A DNA stretch of 64,000 bases from Marinobacter sp. (lineage in GTDB: Bacteria; Pseudomonadota; Gammaproteobacteria; Pseudomonadales; Oleiphilaceae), in NCBI RefSeq assembly GCF_034669625.1, contig NZ_JAXMOY010000016.1, positions 1,589 through 65,588 on the forward strand, given 5' to 3'. The position numbers and the translations under genes are program-made. Shown here piece by piece: positions 1 through 9,100 of this stretch. The notes beneath the pieces are model-generated. The model was not told the DNA's origin. It made no database searches and worked only from the letters and a program-made list of their open reading frames with translations. Within the stretch, counting starts at the first letter, position 1. Every line of letters begins with the position of its first letter.

Positions 1-965
1 ACGTTCGTATCGATCAGGCGCGTGAGCGAGCGAAGGGCGAAGATAAAATCGGTACCACGGGTCGTGGTATTGGGCCGGCTTATGAAGACAAAGTGTCTCG
101 CCGGGGTGTTCGTGTTGGCGACTTGCACAACATGGAAGACTTTGAAGTTAAGCTTCGCGAGATCATGTCTTACCACAACTTCGTGCTGACTGAATATTTC
201 AAGGAAGAAGCCGAAGACATCGATGCGGCTTTGGCTGAGTTGAAGCAGATGGCGGAAGAAATTCTGCCGATGGCTGCCGACGTGACCGATATTCTGCACG
301 GCCACCGCAAGCGTGGTGAACACATCCTGTTTGAGGGCGCTCAAGGCTCTCTGCTGGATATCGATCTCGGTACCTACCCGTACGTAACCTCTTCCAATAC
401 CACCGCCGGCGGCACCGCCACGGGTTCCGGTTTTGGCCCTTTGTATCTGGATTACGTGTTGGGTATTACCAAGGCCTACACGACCCGCGTTGGATCAGGT
501 CCGTTCCCGACGGAACTGTATTGCGACATGGGTGAGCACCTGGCGGTCAAAGGTAACGAAGTCGGCACGACCACTGGCCGTTCCCGTCGCTGTGGTTGGT
601 TCGACGCCGTGGCATTGCGTCACGCGATCCAGATCAACAGCGTGTCCGGCATCTGCCTGACCAAGCTGGATGTTCTGGACGGTTTGGAGACGGTGAAGGT
701 TTGTGTTGGTTACAAAACACCGGACGGCGAAATCACCCGACCACCGATCGGCTGCGATACCTTTAAAGACATCGAGCCGATTTACGAAGAGTTGCCTGGC
801 TGGAGCGAAAGCACCTTTGGTTTGACCACCATTGAGGAGCTGCCGGAGAACGCGAAAGCGTATATCCGCTTCCTTGAGGAACAGATCGAAGCGCCGATCG
901 ATATCATTTCTACCGGCCCTGACCGCGTAGAGACCATCACTCTGAGGCACCCGTTCGGGGAATAA
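1..965 (+). CDS. purA: Adenylosuccinate synthetase, 5'-truncated by the window edge (reading frame runs from position 3)
   Basis: Frame from position 3 reads [16 protein letters not shown]; also [31 protein letters not shown] and STGPDR motifs. Confidence 0.98.
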   Translation, partial: VRIDQARERAKGEDKIGTTGRGIGPAYEDKVSRRGVRVGDLHNMEDFEVKLREIMSYHNFVLTEYFKEEAEDIDAALAELKQMAEEILPMAADVTDILHGHRKRGEHILFEGAQGSLLDIDLGTYPYVTSSNTTAGGTATGSGFGPLYLDYVLGITKAYTTRVGSGPFPTELYCDMGEHLAVKGNEVGTTTGRSRRCGWFDAVALRHAIQINSVSGICLTKLDVLDGLETVKVCVGYKTPDGEITRPPIGCDTFKDIEPIYEELPGWSESTFGLTTIEELPENAKAYIRFLEEQIEAPIDIISTGPDRVETITLRHPFGE

Positions 966-976
966 GCTTCTGAGTC

Positions 977-1016
977 AAAAAAACCGCCTTTAGCGTAAGC
1001 TTCAGGCGGTTTTTTT
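977..1016. terminator. Bidirectional intrinsic terminator between convergent purA and cmoB
   Basis: AAAAAAACCGCCT...AGGCGGTTTTTTT, with an A7 run before and a T7 run after the stem. Confidence 0.9.
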
Positions 1017-1033
1017 ATGTCGCGAATAGATCG

Positions 1034-2026
1034 TCAGGGTTTCTCGGCAATGATCGTTGCACGTTTCGGGCCCGGGTAACCTTCAACGGTTTTCGTGGGA
1101 TCGTTTGGGTCCAGGAAGTCTGCCAAAGAATTGAACCGCATCCAGTCAGTCTTTCGTTGCTCTTCGGTGGTGGTGTCGCTGACATCGACGACGCGGGCAT
1201 TTTTGAAGCCCGCGCGTTCGAGCCATCGAATCAGGGTCGGGCAGCTGGGTAAGAACCAAACGTTGCGCATTTGCCCGTAGCGGTCTTCCGGCACCAGACT
1301 GAAACCTTCAGGGCCGTCCACAATCAGTGTCTCCAGAACGAGCTCGCCACCGCGGCGCAAGGTGCCTTTCAGATCCAGTAGATGGTCAATTGGAGAGCGT
1401 CGGTGATACAGCACACCCATCGAGAAGGTGGTATCGAAATGCTCGAGATTTTCCGGCAGATCTTCCATGCGTATCGGCAGTAAGTCGACAGCTGACTCCC
1501 CGAGATAACCTTTGACCGCTAAAAACTGAAACATGAACAGCAATCCGGGGTCGATCCCAACGACCTGCCGCGCGCCGGCACCGGCCATGCGCCAGCAGTG
1601 ATACCCAGAGCCGCAACCGACATCCAGAATTGTGCGTTCGTTAAGGTCAGCCAGATGCGGGGCAACCCGATCCCACTTCCAGTCTGAGCGCCATTCGGTG
1701 TCAACGTGGGTGCCGAAAAAGTTGAAGGGCCCTTTGCGCCAGGGCATCAACCCGCGCAGGCCCAGCTCCAGACTTTCTGCGTTTTGTTCACCCAAGGGTT
1801 GGTCAGTCGTCACGGTGACGGCGGACGAGGTAAGGTCAACTTTTGTTGGGAGGTTCGTGGGCAGGGCTTCAAGTGCCGCCTGCCAGCGAGCCATGTCGCC
1901 GTGGGGGTTGTCTTCAAAGCGGCGGACCAGCTGGTCGGTAAGAACCTCTGCCCAAGCTGTCTGGTCGCTGTTGTTCAGGTAATCAAGAAACGGGGAGAAA
2001 TGTGTGCGCCAGTCGAAAGCAGCCAT
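1034..2026 (-). CDS. cmoB: tRNA U34 carboxymethyltransferase (cmo5U synthase)
   Basis: LMPWRKGPF, DTEWRSDWKW, LDVGCGSGYH, FSMGVLYHRRSP, MRNVWFLPS and EGYPGPKRA motifs; adjacent to cmoA. Confidence 0.96.
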   Translation of the reverse strand: MAAFDWRTHFSPFLDYLNNSDQTAWAEVLTDQLVRRFEDNPHGDMARWQAALEALPTNLPTKVDLTSSAVTVTTDQPLGEQNAESLELGLRGLMPWRKGPFNFFGTHVDTEWRSDWKWDRVAPHLADLNERTILDVGCGSGYHCWRMAGAGARQVVGIDPGLLFMFQFLAVKGYLGESAVDLLPIRMEDLPENLEHFDTTFSMGVLYHRRSPIDHLLDLKGTLRRGGELVLETLIVDGPEGFSLVPEDRYGQMRNVWFLPSCPTLIRWLERAGFKNARVVDVSDTTTEEQRKTDWMRFNSLADFLDPNDPTKTVEGYPGPKRATIIAEKP

Positions 2027-2047
2027 AGGTCTTGCGGTATCCGGGGG

Positions 2048-2806
2048 TTAGGGGTTCTTGATGGCCAGCATGGAAACAAAGTTGAAACACTGATACCACA
2101 CCAGTACTTGGTCAAAACCTACGTCGAGAAGCCGTTGCTTATGCGTGGTCAGGGTCTCGGGAATCATGATGTTTTCAATCGCTGCACGCTTCTGGCTGAT
2201 CTCCAGATCGGAGTAGCCGTTGGCGCGCTTGAACTCGTGGTGCAGCTGAGTCTGGGTGTCCTGTTCCGTCTCGGACTCGAAACGGATCTTTTCCGACAGA
2301 ACCAATACACCGCCTGGTAGGGTGGCGCTGGCGATCCGTGTGAGTAGATCTTTCCGTCGTTCAGGCGGTACAAACTGAAGTGTAAAGTTCAGGGTAGTGA
2401 CCGAAGCTTGGCTCAGTTCTGTGGTCAGAATGTCCTCGCAGCGCAGGGTGACCGGCAGTTCCTGGTCATCTAATGCAACATAGTGTTCGCAGCGCTCGAT
2501 CATGGCGCTGGAGTTATCCACGCCCACCAGAGTGCAATCGGAATAGGGGATACCGTGTCGCATGGCCAGTGTCGAGGCGCCCAGTGAACAGCCCAGGTCG
2601 TAGCAGTGGGAGCCGGGTTGCACGTACTGTTCGGTGATGACTTCGATCATCGGGATGATCGTGGTGTAACCGGGCACCGAGCGGCGAATCATGTCCGGAA
2701 ATACCCGAGCCACCGAAGCATCAAAACGAAAGTCTTCAGGATTGCGCTCGGTCGCGAACAGGCGGTCAGTCATTTGTGGCGCCTGCGTCGGTTTTTTACT
2801 GCTCAT
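2048..2806 (-). CDS. cmoA: Carboxy-S-adenosyl-L-methionine synthase
   Basis: DFRFDASVARVFPDMIRRSVPGY, YDLGCSLGA, LNFTLQF and YQCFNF motifs; start placed at ATG 2806 (MSSKK) rather than the ORF-track start. Confidence 0.96.
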   Translation of the reverse strand: MSSKKPTQAPQMTDRLFATERNPEDFRFDASVARVFPDMIRRSVPGYTTIIPMIEVITEQYVQPGSHCYDLGCSLGASTLAMRHGIPYSDCTLVGVDNSSAMIERCEHYVALDDQELPVTLRCEDILTTELSQASVTTLNFTLQFVPPERRKDLLTRIASATLPGGVLVLSEKIRFESETEQDTQTQLHHEFKRANGYSDLEISQKRAAIENIMIPETLTTHKQRLLDVGFDQVLVWYQCFNFVSMLAIKNP

Positions 2807-3164
2807 CGCTATCCTCGACTTTAGGCTTTGCCGGGTCCCGGTCGGTTGGCGAGGGTCGGGCACAGCGTACGCCACGGTTCTTGTAATCCACCAGAACGCC
2901 GCGGAAGGACGGGTCTACGTCGGCAGCAATGGCAAGGTAGCCGTTTTCGCAGACTGCGTGCAGCTCTGAGGACTTTCGGGACATTCGGAACTCTTCGCCC
3001 GGATCCAGGTGAATGGCCTGAAAGTCGCCGACCGGAACGTGGTCTTTGTTGTCTGAATGCTTGATGCGGCCCCCGGCTTCCAGAGCCACCACGGTGCCGA
3101 TGATGGCGATAACCGCTGTCAGAATAAGGGCTCGCGTCGAATAGCGGCTTTCACTTTCGCTCAT
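2796..3164 (-). CDS. Small hypothetical protein with an N-terminal hydrophobic anchor or signal and two Cys
   Basis: 122 aa; RBS AAGAGG before ATG; hydrophobic ALILTAVIAIIGTVVAL; packed between srkA and cmoA on the same strand. Confidence 0.75.
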   Translation of the reverse strand: MSESESRYSTRALILTAVIAIIGTVVALEAGGRIKHSDNKDHVPVGDFQAIHLDPGEEFRMSRKSSELHAVCENGYLAIAADVDPSFRGVLVDYKNRGVRCARPSPTDRDPAKPKVEDSDEQ

Positions 3165-3183
3165 GTTTACCTCTTGTCAGTGT

Positions 3184-4203
3184 TCAGAATTGGCCTGGGA
3201 GCGCAAGAGCAGGCTCTTGCAGGGCCGAGAGTTGTTCGCGCAGGGAAAGGATCTGGTCGGACCAGAAGCGCGGTTGTGCAAACCACGGGAAAAACCGGGG
3301 GAAAGCCGGGTCTTCCCAGCGCCGCGCCAGCCAGGCACAGTGTGCGATTTGGCGGTAGCAGCGAAGTGGCTCGATCAGGTGACGTTCCCGACGATCAAAA
3401 TCCCGGAAGGTCTCATAGCCCTCGAGCAGTTCCCCGAGTTGGCTGCCCCGTTCGGTGAATTCACCGTTCAGAAGCAACCACATATCCTGAACGGCCGGGC
3501 CGGTGCGGCAGTCGTCCAGGTCGACAAACAGCATCGATTCATCTCGGCATAGAATATTGCCAGCATGGCAATCACCGTGGATTCGGAGCGTGGCGACGTC
3601 ACCGGCGTCGTCCATCCGTTGTTTGCAGCCAGCCATTAAATCCGGGATCAGGCTGTCCCAGGCCGGTCGCAGGTCATCAGGAATCCAGCCGCCGTTAATG
3701 AGTAGTGCGTTGTGTTCTTCCAGACCGTGAATCAGGTCAAACGTCGGGCGGTGTTCGAATGATTTGGTTGCGCCCAGGTTGTGGATCTGGCCCAACCATT
3801 GGCCAAGACGATAGAGCGTGTCGGGGATGCTGGTGTCTGGGGCTTGTCCACCGCGCTGAGGGAAAACGGCGAACCGGAACTCGCCATGGCGACCCAGCGA
3901 GTTACCGTTGTTCAGCGACAGTGGGGCGACCACGGGAATGTCTGCGGCCTGAAGGTCGAGTGTGAACTCGTGTTCTTCACGGATGGCAGCATCAGACCAG
4001 CGGCCAGGGCGATAGAACTTCGCGATGACCGGAGGGCCTTCGTCCAGCCCGATCTGATACACCCGGTTTTCATAACTGTTCAGGGCAAAGAGTCGTCCAC
4101 TGACGGCAAAGCCGGCTTCTTCCAAGGCGTCGAGAATGGTTTCCGGCGTCAGAGTGTCGTACGGATGGGTAGAAGCAGTTATGTCAGAAGGCTCATGTTG
4201 CAT
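3184..4203 (-). CDS. srkA: Stress response Ser/Thr kinase SrkA (RdoA/YihE family)
   Basis: ALNSYENRVY, IAKFYRP, HGDCHAGNIL and FVDLDD motifs. Confidence 0.93.
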   Translation of the reverse strand: MQHEPSDITASTHPYDTLTPETILDALEEAGFAVSGRLFALNSYENRVYQIGLDEGPPVIAKFYRPGRWSDAAIREEHEFTLDLQAADIPVVAPLSLNNGNSLGRHGEFRFAVFPQRGGQAPDTSIPDTLYRLGQWLGQIHNLGATKSFEHRPTFDLIHGLEEHNALLINGGWIPDDLRPAWDSLIPDLMAGCKQRMDDAGDVATLRIHGDCHAGNILCRDESMLFVDLDDCRTGPAVQDMWLLLNGEFTERGSQLGELLEGYETFRDFDRRERHLIEPLRCYRQIAHCAWLARRWEDPAFPRFFPWFAQPRFWSDQILSLREQLSALQEPALALPGQF

Positions 4204-4208
4204 AGTAG

Positions 4209-4631
4209 TCAGAGGGCCGAGTTTTGTTGAGATTGCATGGATTGCAGGTGGTACCAGTTTTCATCAAGTTCCCAGCGCACGCGTTTAATGGCGGGCGATG
4301 AAAGCACAATGTCGCCGGCCCGAGCCTGAACCTGGGCGAGTTCGCGCTCAGCCTTTTGCCAGTCGCGATGGGTGTCCGACAAATGTTTCATGCGGGGAAA
4401 GATCACCGACAACGCTCGTTGTGTTGAAACCGTATGGGACCGTAGCGAACTGATGGTTGCCGTATCGCCTTCCACGCGCAGCACCCGGTGTTGATAGGGG
4501 TAGCTGGAAACTACTTTGTCGGCTTTCAGTTGGTCATTGAGGCTAGTGACTTCAAAGCCGCGCCAGCCAATCCAGCCCACAAAGAGTGCGGCGACAATCA
4601 TCACCGTAAGAAACTGCTTCCTGTCCGACAT
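4209..4631 (-). CDS. Hypothetical membrane-anchored protein
   Basis: N-terminal transmembrane segment FLTVMIVAALFVGWIGW; ends 5 bp before the srkA start; start placed at MSDRKQ. Confidence 0.75.
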   Translation of the reverse strand: MSDRKQFLTVMIVAALFVGWIGWRGFEVTSLNDQLKADKVVSSYPYQHRVLRVEGDTATISSLRSHTVSTQRALSVIFPRMKHLSDTHRDWQKAERELAQVQARAGDIVLSSPAIKRVRWELDENWYHLQSMQSQQNSAL

Positions 4632-4754
4632 ATCCCATGCTCCGTGCACCCGTTACGCTTGCGGTAAAGTATAACGGTTCTGAAAGCTCAGGTAATGTAA
4701 CGCAGGGCTATCTGGGTTAATTTCAGGTTGTTGATTGAATAGCAGGGCTGCAAA

Positions 4755-5864
4755 GTGAGTTACGAAAGCTACAAAGTGCAAACGGTGGTTGTTGGCGCCG
4801 GGGTGGTGGGGTTGGCGGTTGCCCGGGCGCTTGCCCAGTCAGGGCGCGACGTCCTGGTCCTCGAAGCAGGCGCCAGATTTGGCGAGGGTATTTCTTCCCG
4901 AAATAGCGAAGTGATTCACGCGGGTATCTATTACCCCAGGGATTCCCTGAAAGCGTCGTTTTGTGTTCGGGGCCGCGAGCTGCTCTACGAGTATTGCGTC
5001 ACTCGGAAGGTGGAGCACCGTAAGTGCGGGAAATGGATCGTTGCTACCGACGATCGTCAGGCGTCGAGGCTGGAGGCCATTTGCCGGCAAGCTGAAGGTA
5101 ATGGCGTGAGCTTGCAACAGGTTACCGGCGATGCAGTGAACGCGCAGTGCCTCGATATACGGGCCTTTGCTGGGTTGTGGTCACCTGAGACCGGCATCAT
5201 CGATAGCCACGGTTTGATGCTATCGATGCTGGGTGAGCTGGAAGATGCCGGCGGGCAACTGGTACTAAACAGCCCGGTTCTTGCTGCAGATAGCTCACCC
5301 GATGGCCATCGGCTCACGGTCGGTGGAGATGCTCCGGTCACCTTGATGGCCAGTGAAGTGGTGAATGCAGCAGGGTTGGGGGCGCCGGGTCTTACCCAAG
5401 GCTGGTCGGGTCTGCCTGACAGTGCCAAGCCAGAACAGTGGTTAGCCCGAGGCGTATATTTCAGTTATAGCGGCAAGCACCCATTCAATCAGTTGATCTA
5501 CCCCTTGCCGGAACCGGGCGGGCTTGGCGTTCACCTGACGTTGGATTTAGCCGGGCAGGCCCGCTTTGGGCCAGATGTTGAGTGGATTGAAACGGAGAAT
5601 TACACCGTGGATCCAAATCGGATGCAGGCTTTTGTAGAGGGCATTCGCCAGTGGTGGCCATCGCTCGATGCGAGTCGGCTACAGCCCGCTTATGCTGGCA
5701 TTCGGCCCAAGCTGGCCGGGCCTGAGGACGGCTTTGCTGACTTCCGGATCGATGGGCCTGAGGACCATGGGGTGTCGGGACTGGTTCATCTTTTTGGCAT
5801 TGAGTCGCCTGGCCTGACCTCTTGCTTGGCCATCGCTGATTTTGTAAAACAGAAGTTGGGTTAA
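4755..5864 (+). CDS. FAD-dependent oxidoreductase, L-2-hydroxyglutarate oxidase (LhgO)-like family
   Basis: VVVGAGVVGLA Rossmann motif, SSRNSEVIHAGIYY, GLGVHLTLD and GIESPGLTS. Confidence 0.88.
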   Translation: MSYESYKVQTVVVGAGVVGLAVARALAQSGRDVLVLEAGARFGEGISSRNSEVIHAGIYYPRDSLKASFCVRGRELLYEYCVTRKVEHRKCGKWIVATDDRQASRLEAICRQAEGNGVSLQQVTGDAVNAQCLDIRAFAGLWSPETGIIDSHGLMLSMLGELEDAGGQLVLNSPVLAADSSPDGHRLTVGGDAPVTLMASEVVNAAGLGAPGLTQGWSGLPDSAKPEQWLARGVYFSYSGKHPFNQLIYPLPEPGGLGVHLTLDLAGQARFGPDVEWIETENYTVDPNRMQAFVEGIRQWWPSLDASRLQPAYAGIRPKLAGPEDGFADFRIDGPEDHGVSGLVHLFGIESPGLTSCLAIADFVKQKLG

Positions 5865-6589
5865 CCCGGTGTGCGAGCCAAGGCCCAAATTTGAATGTCG
5901 CGCGCTCCAGCCTCGGTTAATGCCCGGGCCAGAGCCCGAGAGGTAGCACCGGTTGTTACCACGTCGTCGATTATGGCGACCCGTTCCGGCATCGGGGTGC
6001 AAACCTCAAACACCTTGTTCAGATTCGTTAGGCGCTCGGTTCTGTTAAGGCCTCTTTGCGCGTGCACCTGCCGTCTTCGCCGAACGGTTTTGCTTCCTAC
6101 CGGGATCTTCAGGCGAGCCCCCACATATTCTGCAATGTCCTGTGACTGGTTGAAACCGCGCTGCCATCGGCGCAGCCAATGCATGGGCGCGGGAACCAAC
6201 AGCTCCGGACGTTCGGAGTCAGTCAGTGTTTGTTCCAGATAGTCGCTGAAATCAGCCAGCAGGGGCCGCGCGAATTTGCGTTGGCCATGGTATTTGTAGC
6301 GGCCGATCATGCTGTCGACCGGGAACTGGTAGCGCCAAGGGATCAACGAACGTGTGAAGGGTGGTGGATGCGCCAGGCATTCGCCACAGAGCCTGACGGG
6401 GCCTGCAAAAGCCAGGGGGAGGGCGCAGGTGTCGCAGTGCAGCCGGTTGTGTGGAAGGTCTGCTCGGCAGGCCGTGCAGAGGCCTTGATTGGCCGGCGTA
6501 TCGAGGCAGGTAACACAGCGACCTGCTGTAGCTTCGCTGTTAACCAATTTGCCTAGATAGGTTGACAGCGGTTTTAGTCTGTTTATCAT
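5861..6589 (-). CDS. comF: ComF/GntX family phosphoribosyltransferase-like protein with Zn-finger N-terminus
   Basis: CxxC pairs, RGFNQS, IIDDVVTTGAT PRTase loop, IWALART; divergent from bioB. Confidence 0.92.
   Translation of the reverse strand: MINRLKPLSTYLGKLVNSEATAGRCVTCLDTPANQGLCTACRADLPHNRLHCDTCALPLAFAGPVRLCGECLAHPPPFTRSLIPWRYQFPVDSMIGRYKYHGQRKFARPLLADFSDYLEQTLTDSERPELLVPAPMHWLRRWQRGFNQSQDIAEYVGARLKIPVGSKTVRRRRQVHAQRGLNRTERLTNLNKVFEVCTPMPERVAIIDDVVTTGATSRALARALTEAGARDIQIWALARTPG
6562..6589 (+). promoter_or_regulatory. Probable sigma70 promoter for the bio operon, lying inside the 5' end of comF
   Basis: TTGACA (6562-6567), 16 bp spacer, TATCAT (6584-6589). Confidence 0.65.
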
Positions 6590-6600
6590 CGTGGTTTATC

Positions 6601-6630
6601 CGTAAACCAAAAACCTTGTTAAGGTTAACA
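6601..6630. promoter_or_regulatory. BirA (biotin repressor) operator
   Basis: CGTAAACC-N14-GGTTAACA resembles the known TGTAAACC-N14/15-GGTTtACA BirA box; directly upstream of the bioB RBS. Confidence 0.85.
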
Positions 6631-6640
6631 GGACTTGAAC

Positions 6641-7699
6641 ATGACCGCTACTGCGCTGCGCCACGACTGGAGCCTTCAGGAGGCTCAAGAGCTTTTTCAT
6701 CTCCCGTTTAATGATCTCTTGTTCCGTGCCCAGTCGGTGCATCGAGAGCATTTTGATCCTAATGAGGTTCAGGTTAGCACTCTACTGTCCATCAAAACCG
6801 GTGCTTGCCCTGAGGATTGTAAATACTGCCCTCAGAGCGGCCATTACAACACAGGCCTAGAGAAAGAGAAGCTTCTGGAAATTGAAAAAGTGGTCGCGGA
6901 AGCACAGGCGGCTAAGCAGAAAGGCGCTTCACGGTTCTGTATGGGCGCGGCTTGGCGCAGCCCCTCAAAGAAAGATATGCCGTACGTATTGGACATGGTT
7001 CAGCAGGTCAAATCGCTGGGTCTGGAAACCTGTATGACGCTGGGCATGTTGAAAGAGGAAGAGGCTCAGGAGTTGGCCGAAGCGGGTCTGGATTATTACA
7101 ACCATAACTTGGACACCTCGGAGAAGTACTACAGCCACATCATTACCACGCGCACCTATCAGGACCGCTTGGATACGCTGGATAACGTGCGCAAGGCCGG
7201 GATGAAGGTTTGCTGCGGCGGGATTCTGGGTATGGGCGAGGATGAGGAGGATCGCGTTGGTTTGTTGGTTCAGTTGGCGAACTTGCCGCAGCATCCTGAG
7301 AGTGTGCCGGTGAATATGTTGGTGAAGGTGAAGGGCACGCCGTTGGAAGATGTGGAGGATCTGGAACCGTTTGATTTTATCCGGATGATTGCGGTGGCGC
7401 GGATTATGATGCCGGCGTCTCATGTTCGGCTGTCGGCCGGTCGTGAGCAGATGAATGAGCAGATGCAGTCGCTGTGTTTCCTAGCTGGTGCGAATTCGAT
7501 TTTCTACGGAGAGAAGTTGCTGACGACCTCTAATCCGGAGGCGGATGCGGATATGCAGTTGTTCCGCAAACTGGGGATTCGTCCCGAGCAGCGTGAGCAG
7601 TGTGCGACTGAGGAGCAGCAGGGAGAGGTGCTTGCTGAGGCTGTCGAGTATGAGGCTACCCGTCATATGTTTTATGACGCTACTCGGGAATCTGCCTAA
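6641..7699 (+). CDS. bioB: Biotin synthase
   Basis: [11 protein letters not shown] radical SAM motif, YNHNLDT, PESVPVN, RLSAGRE, AGANSIF; ATG 6641 follows an AGGA RBS. Confidence 0.98.
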   Translation: MTATALRHDWSLQEAQELFHLPFNDLLFRAQSVHREHFDPNEVQVSTLLSIKTGACPEDCKYCPQSGHYNTGLEKEKLLEIEKVVAEAQAAKQKGASRFCMGAAWRSPSKKDMPYVLDMVQQVKSLGLETCMTLGMLKEEEAQELAEAGLDYYNHNLDTSEKYYSHIITTRTYQDRLDTLDNVRKAGMKVCCGGILGMGEDEEDRVGLLVQLANLPQHPESVPVNMLVKVKGTPLEDVEDLEPFDFIRMIAVARIMMPASHVRLSAGREQMNEQMQSLCFLAGANSIFYGEKLLTTSNPEADADMQLFRKLGIRPEQREQCATEEQQGEVLAEAVEYEATRHMFYDATRESA

Positions 7700-7718
7700 T
7701 TTCTGAAATTGGTGGTGT

Positions 7719-7828
7719 GTGAAGGTCTGGTGTTGCTTTTCGGGACACGCTACGAGCACATCCATGTGCGCTTGTTTCAGGCCGTCCTTGGCCTTCAACA
7801 GTCCCGAAAAGCAGCGCCAGACCTTCAC
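7719..7828. repeat. Dispersed palindromic element, copy 1 (28 bp arms, two-hairpin core)
   Basis: Arms 7719-7746 and 7801-7828 match 26/28; core GCACATCCATGTGC and AGGCCGTCCTTGGCCT, similar to copies 2-4. Confidence 0.92.
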
Positions 7829-7912
7829 TCCTAATTTGTTCGGGGAGTCAGTTGATTGTTCTGGCCCGTATTGACCGCTTTTTCTTCGCACTGACCGTTT
7901 GGTGTCGTCTTT

Positions 7913-9100
7913 ATGCGTGATTTTGCACTTGAGATAGAACAACGGAAACAGGCAGGCCTGTATCGAACCCGCCGTTTGGTTTCTGGCCCGCAACAGCCGG
8001 AGTTAATCGCGGATGGTCAGGCGTTGCTGTCGTTCTGTAGCAACGATTATCTGGGTCTCGCCAATCACCCTCAAAACATAGATGCGCTCAAGAGTGCCTT
8101 GCCGGAGACCGGGCTCGGCGGGGCCGCTTCACATCTTGTCTGTGGTCATCACGATGCTCATCACCGCTTGGAGCAGCGGTTGGCTGACTTTGCCCAGCGC
8201 AGTAGCGCATTGTTTTTTTCCACCGGTTATATGGCGAATGTTGGTGTGCTTTCAGCGTTGGTGGGGCGGGGCGATACGGTTTTTTCGGATCGGCTAAATC
8301 ATGCCTCTATCATCGATGGCTGTATTCTCAGCCGGGCCCGGGTTCGGCGTTATGCGCACGGGGATGTTGCGGCGCTGGGAGCTATGTTGGCTGACACTTC
8401 GGGTCACAAGGTGGTGGTGACCGACGGGGTCTTCAGCATGGACGGCGATGTGGCGCCGTTGAAAGCATTAGCTCGAGTCTGCAAGGCCCACGATGCGTTG
8501 TTGGTGGTGGATGACGCCCACGGTATCGGTGTGTTGGGGCCGCAGGGTCGCGGAAGTGTGCTGGAAGCGGGCTTGTCGGAGGATGAGGTGCCGGTTCTGA
8601 TTGGCACCTTGGGTAAGGCTGTGGGCACCAGTGGTGCGTTTGTAGCTGGGCCGGCAGTACTGATGGACTATCTGGTCCAGAAGGCCCGAACATACATCTA
8701 CACAACGGCTATGCCGCCGGCGATGGCGATTGCGACCTGTGCCAGTCTGGATCTGATCGAGGCCGATGATCAAAGGCGGGCCCATTTGAATGAGTTGATT
8801 GTGCGTTTTCGAGAGGGCGCGCAAGCGCTGGGTTATGAGTTGATGCCGTCTTATATGCCCATTCAGCCGATTATGATTGGTGGCAATGAGGAGGCGTTGG
8901 CGTTGAGTCAGGCGCTGGAGCAACAGGGCGTTATGGTGACGGCAATTCGGCCGCCAACGGTGCCCGAGGGGCAGGCTCGGCTTCGGGTGACTTTGAGCGC
9001 TTCGCATACCCGAGAGCATGTCGATCAATTGCTGGCAGCTCTGTCGGGTTGTCGGGGGTTGCTCGCGGCATGTGATTCCGGGCAGGTGGTGGCCGGATGA
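7913..9100 (+). CDS. bioF: 8-amino-7-oxononanoate synthase
   Basis: SNDYLGL, DRLNHAS, DGVFSMDGD, DDAHG, GTLGKA (PLP lysine) and AIRPPTVP motifs. Confidence 0.97.
   Translation: MRDFALEIEQRKQAGLYRTRRLVSGPQQPELIADGQALLSFCSNDYLGLANHPQNIDALKSALPETGLGGAASHLVCGHHDAHHRLEQRLADFAQRSSALFFSTGYMANVGVLSALVGRGDTVFSDRLNHASIIDGCILSRARVRRYAHGDVAALGAMLADTSGHKVVVTDGVFSMDGDVAPLKALARVCKAHDALLVVDDAHGIGVLGPQGRGSVLEAGLSEDEVPVLIGTLGKAVGTSGAFVAGPAVLMDYLVQKARTYIYTTAMPPAMAIATCASLDLIEADDQRRAHLNELIVRFREGAQALGYELMPSYMPIQPIMIGGNEEALALSQALEQQGVMVTAIRPPTVPEGQARLRVTLSASHTREHVDQLLAALSGCRGLLAACDSGQVVAG

Noticed and set aside
5861-5864. Convergent 4-bp stop-codon overlap (TTAA) between the oxidoreductase and comF
   Set aside because: A common compact arrangement with no evidence of further function.
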